64,000 bases of DNA. Source: Lingula anatina (Eukaryota; Animalia; Brachiopoda). Positions 61,401 through 64,000 of this stretch are shown here, piece after piece. The notes under the pieces were generated by a model. The model was given only the letters and a program-made list of their open reading frames with translations, was not told the DNA's origin and did not search any database. Numbering within the stretch: the stretch's first letter is position 1; every line of letters starts with the position of its first letter. The position numbers and the translations under genes are program-made. The DNA lies in NCBI GenBank assembly GCA_051362555.1, contig CM120643.1, forward strand, positions 15,474,644-15,538,643. Reading direction: 5' to 3'.

Positions 61401-64000
61401 GTGTTAACATTATACAGATATTTAAGATAAAAAGTCTTTATTCAGCGGTTTTAGTGTCGTTCACACGAATATGACATGGCGTTCCTCTTCAAAACAGTTT
61501 TTATTCCATCGTTACCTTTTAAATCCGACCAACATGATAGTGATTAATGAGACATTCGGTCTAACATAACGATTTAAGTTTCTAGCGTTTGAAATGAATA
61601 CTTAATTGATTGATTATAAGCATCTCATTGAGAAAATTTGCTTCTTTTTTCTTTGATATTATCTGAAAAAGGATATGATATTACTAAAGGAGATGCTTGC
61701 CCGTGCACCTCACAAAAATACTGATCGAGATTAATAACTATCATTAATCATTTCAACTACATGCGTGACTTATTCTTTTTCTTTTCTATTGAATATTTTA
61801 GACAGTTGTATCATATTACCATACAGACAATACTCACGCATGATGAAATAGGACCTATTAGTATCAAGAAAAACAAAATTTCATGAATACAAACGTCTTT
61901 AATTAACTCACAGTCTCTGTGAAATAAATCCCGTATTACCCAAGATTTTGTAAATTCTCATGTTATTATATGTCTTAGCTCTGCCCGGGCTTCAAAGTCC
62001 CATTTAATTTCTCCTTCAATTTTCATGGCCTACAGACACCCGGTATTTTCAGCTAAGTTGTAATTTCTTGTAAACATTTCGGTGTTGACTGCGGGTTATT
62101 TTGATACAAAACAAAATATTTTTTTCCTTCTGATTTCAGAACACAGGCACGTTGTTTGAATTTGGCCACGCCACAAAGGAAGATGATTTCCACCCCCATC
62201 AATCGATTTCGGCATATCAGCGCCCGTGTCACACGCTCGGTAAGTATTTATCAGTTTGTAGTTTACATCATAATTTAATATAGTTCAAAATTTCGACCGA
62301 TAAACTAAACAAATAGTATCACCTTTGGTGTGAAGCCGATTGCAGATAGGGCAACGAGTCGAACGGGCCCTTCAAACATGTTTTTATCTAACTTTGTATT
62401 ATAAGCACCTATCCTCAGATAATTTAACACAAAGATCCTTGTTCTGACTTCATCTTGTGAGGCGATAGTAAACATATTAAACTTGTGACGGGTCTCGGGC
62501 GCTTGTACCGAGAGAATAACACTGAATAACTTTCCTATGCCGTAATACACGTGTAGATTACCGGCCTGTATTCTGACTGACGATATCAGAAAGGGTTATC
62601 CTTTACAGGTTATCTAGCCATTGAAAGAGCCTGCAGCACCTGTCAAATGCACAGATTATATTGTATTAATTGATTATCGTCTACTGTTTGCTAGAATCAG
62701 CTGTTTTTTTTTTCGGAAAAATTTCATAAAAAACTCATTTACCGTTACAACAATGCTGTTTCTTGTGAGGCTTTGTCATTGTTTTTAACATTGACGTAAG
62801 ATTTAACTCTAAAAACACGTAGTTGACTGTTTTTTACAAAAGAATAACACCTGAAAATGGCGGGAACTGGTTACACGTAAACGCTTAACAGTGCCATTCC
62901 TGAAAGCACCTTGAATATAAGTATACAATAACTGAAACTTATCATTAATAGAGGTTTTCACATGCGTGGCCATTGACAGCATCCCCAATCCGTCGACTGT
63001 TTTCACATTCTTGATTATTTCTTAAAGCAACAACTACAGGCGATGGCTTCATATTCAATATGTTTATTGTCTAGTTTCTGATATCATTTAGTGATGTTTT
63101 GACTCCTTTCTTGATTTGACGTGTTAAACTCTACAAACGTAAGTACACATATTTTACATACTTTTACACCACAGCGTATCGCTATATATGCACTGGGTGT
63201 TTTCATGTTTAAAGTCCTTAAAGACTTGGTTTTTGCACCATTGTGATTTTTTTCAATCTTTTTTCTTTGAAAGGCCTAGATAAGAATTACATGAAACCAC
63301 ATACATTTGCTATATTCTAATAATTTTCCTGTACACGACACTAGTTTTATGATTCACATTTAAAAACACACGTAATACTCAAAGGGATTAGTACAGAGTA
63401 AAACTTATTGACAGAAAAATATATATTTATAATCATTATCAAATTCCACAATTGAATACTACAAATATATTGTCAGAATTTATCTAACTTTTAGATATAA
63501 TCTAATCAAATGATTAACAGAACCTTATCTTATCCTAGCTTAATCCTTTGTATCTTAGTCTAACTGCTCTTCTTCTCTATCTAATGATATGTTAATCGGG
63601 CACGTGTGAATTGAAAGCAAGCTTGATTACGTGGTTTTGGTCTAACCTGTATTTTCTACAAATCTCTCGCGCGCGTGCGTATGCATGCAAACGCGCCTTC
63701 ACGACCTAAATCTATGACAGTTACTACTAACCTTTGTAATGGCACATGAACACTATTCCCCAGAAACTTACCGAAAAATCATTTCTGCTCTTACTATTCC
63801 CAATTATCTCACTGAACTCGCTTAAGATAATTTCTTTGATTAGCAATTAAAGCACAAATTGACGACAGAGTCACCCCGACACACACACCAGCGCACTTCA
63901 GTCTCGAGAGGGTGCCCGCCATTCTCATGTCATTTTTTTTCGCGCGTGACAGGCAGTCAGATGGGAGCAGAAATTACAACGATAGAAATCGAAATTCAAT

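Noticed and set aside
1-64000. Prokaryotic-type systems (CRISPR arrays, operons, IS elements, rRNA/tRNA genes)
   Set aside because: The window is spliceosomal-intron-containing animal DNA; no repeat-spacer arrays, long ORFs or structural RNA genes are visible.

Overview
AT-rich, microsatellite-rich animal (invertebrate, plausibly mollusc/lophotrochozoan) genomic DNA. It is not prokaryotic, so the short ORF track is mostly exon fragments or noise. Positions ~759-21.5 kb carry a minus-strand, intron-rich RPGRIP1L (protein fantom / MKS5 / NPHP8) ciliary transition-zone gene. I traced 35 GT-AG coding exons by hand with continuous reading phase (~1409 codons): coiled coil, two C2 domains, a long Pro/acidic linker with likely cassette exons, and the start of the C-terminal C2/RID domain. 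The 3' end runs off the left edge. The gene body is strongly CpG-depleted apart from two CpG-rich MITE insertions (one Kolobok-like with a TTAA target site, one Harbinger-like with a TTA target site). A candidate promoter (ETS plus ZNF143-type motifs) and a non-coding first exon lie at ~21.45-21.6 kb. From ~22 kb to 64 kb I find no recognisable cellular coding sequence. This is a CpG-retaining gene desert containing a tandem pair of RFX X-boxes, DR2/DR5 nuclear-receptor elements, homeodomain/TALE motif clusters, a 50-bp periodic CCAAT array, a miRNA-like hairpin, and a duplicated RTE-type retrotransposon remnant. I cannot support a claim of a wholly new biological system; the best leads are regulatory.
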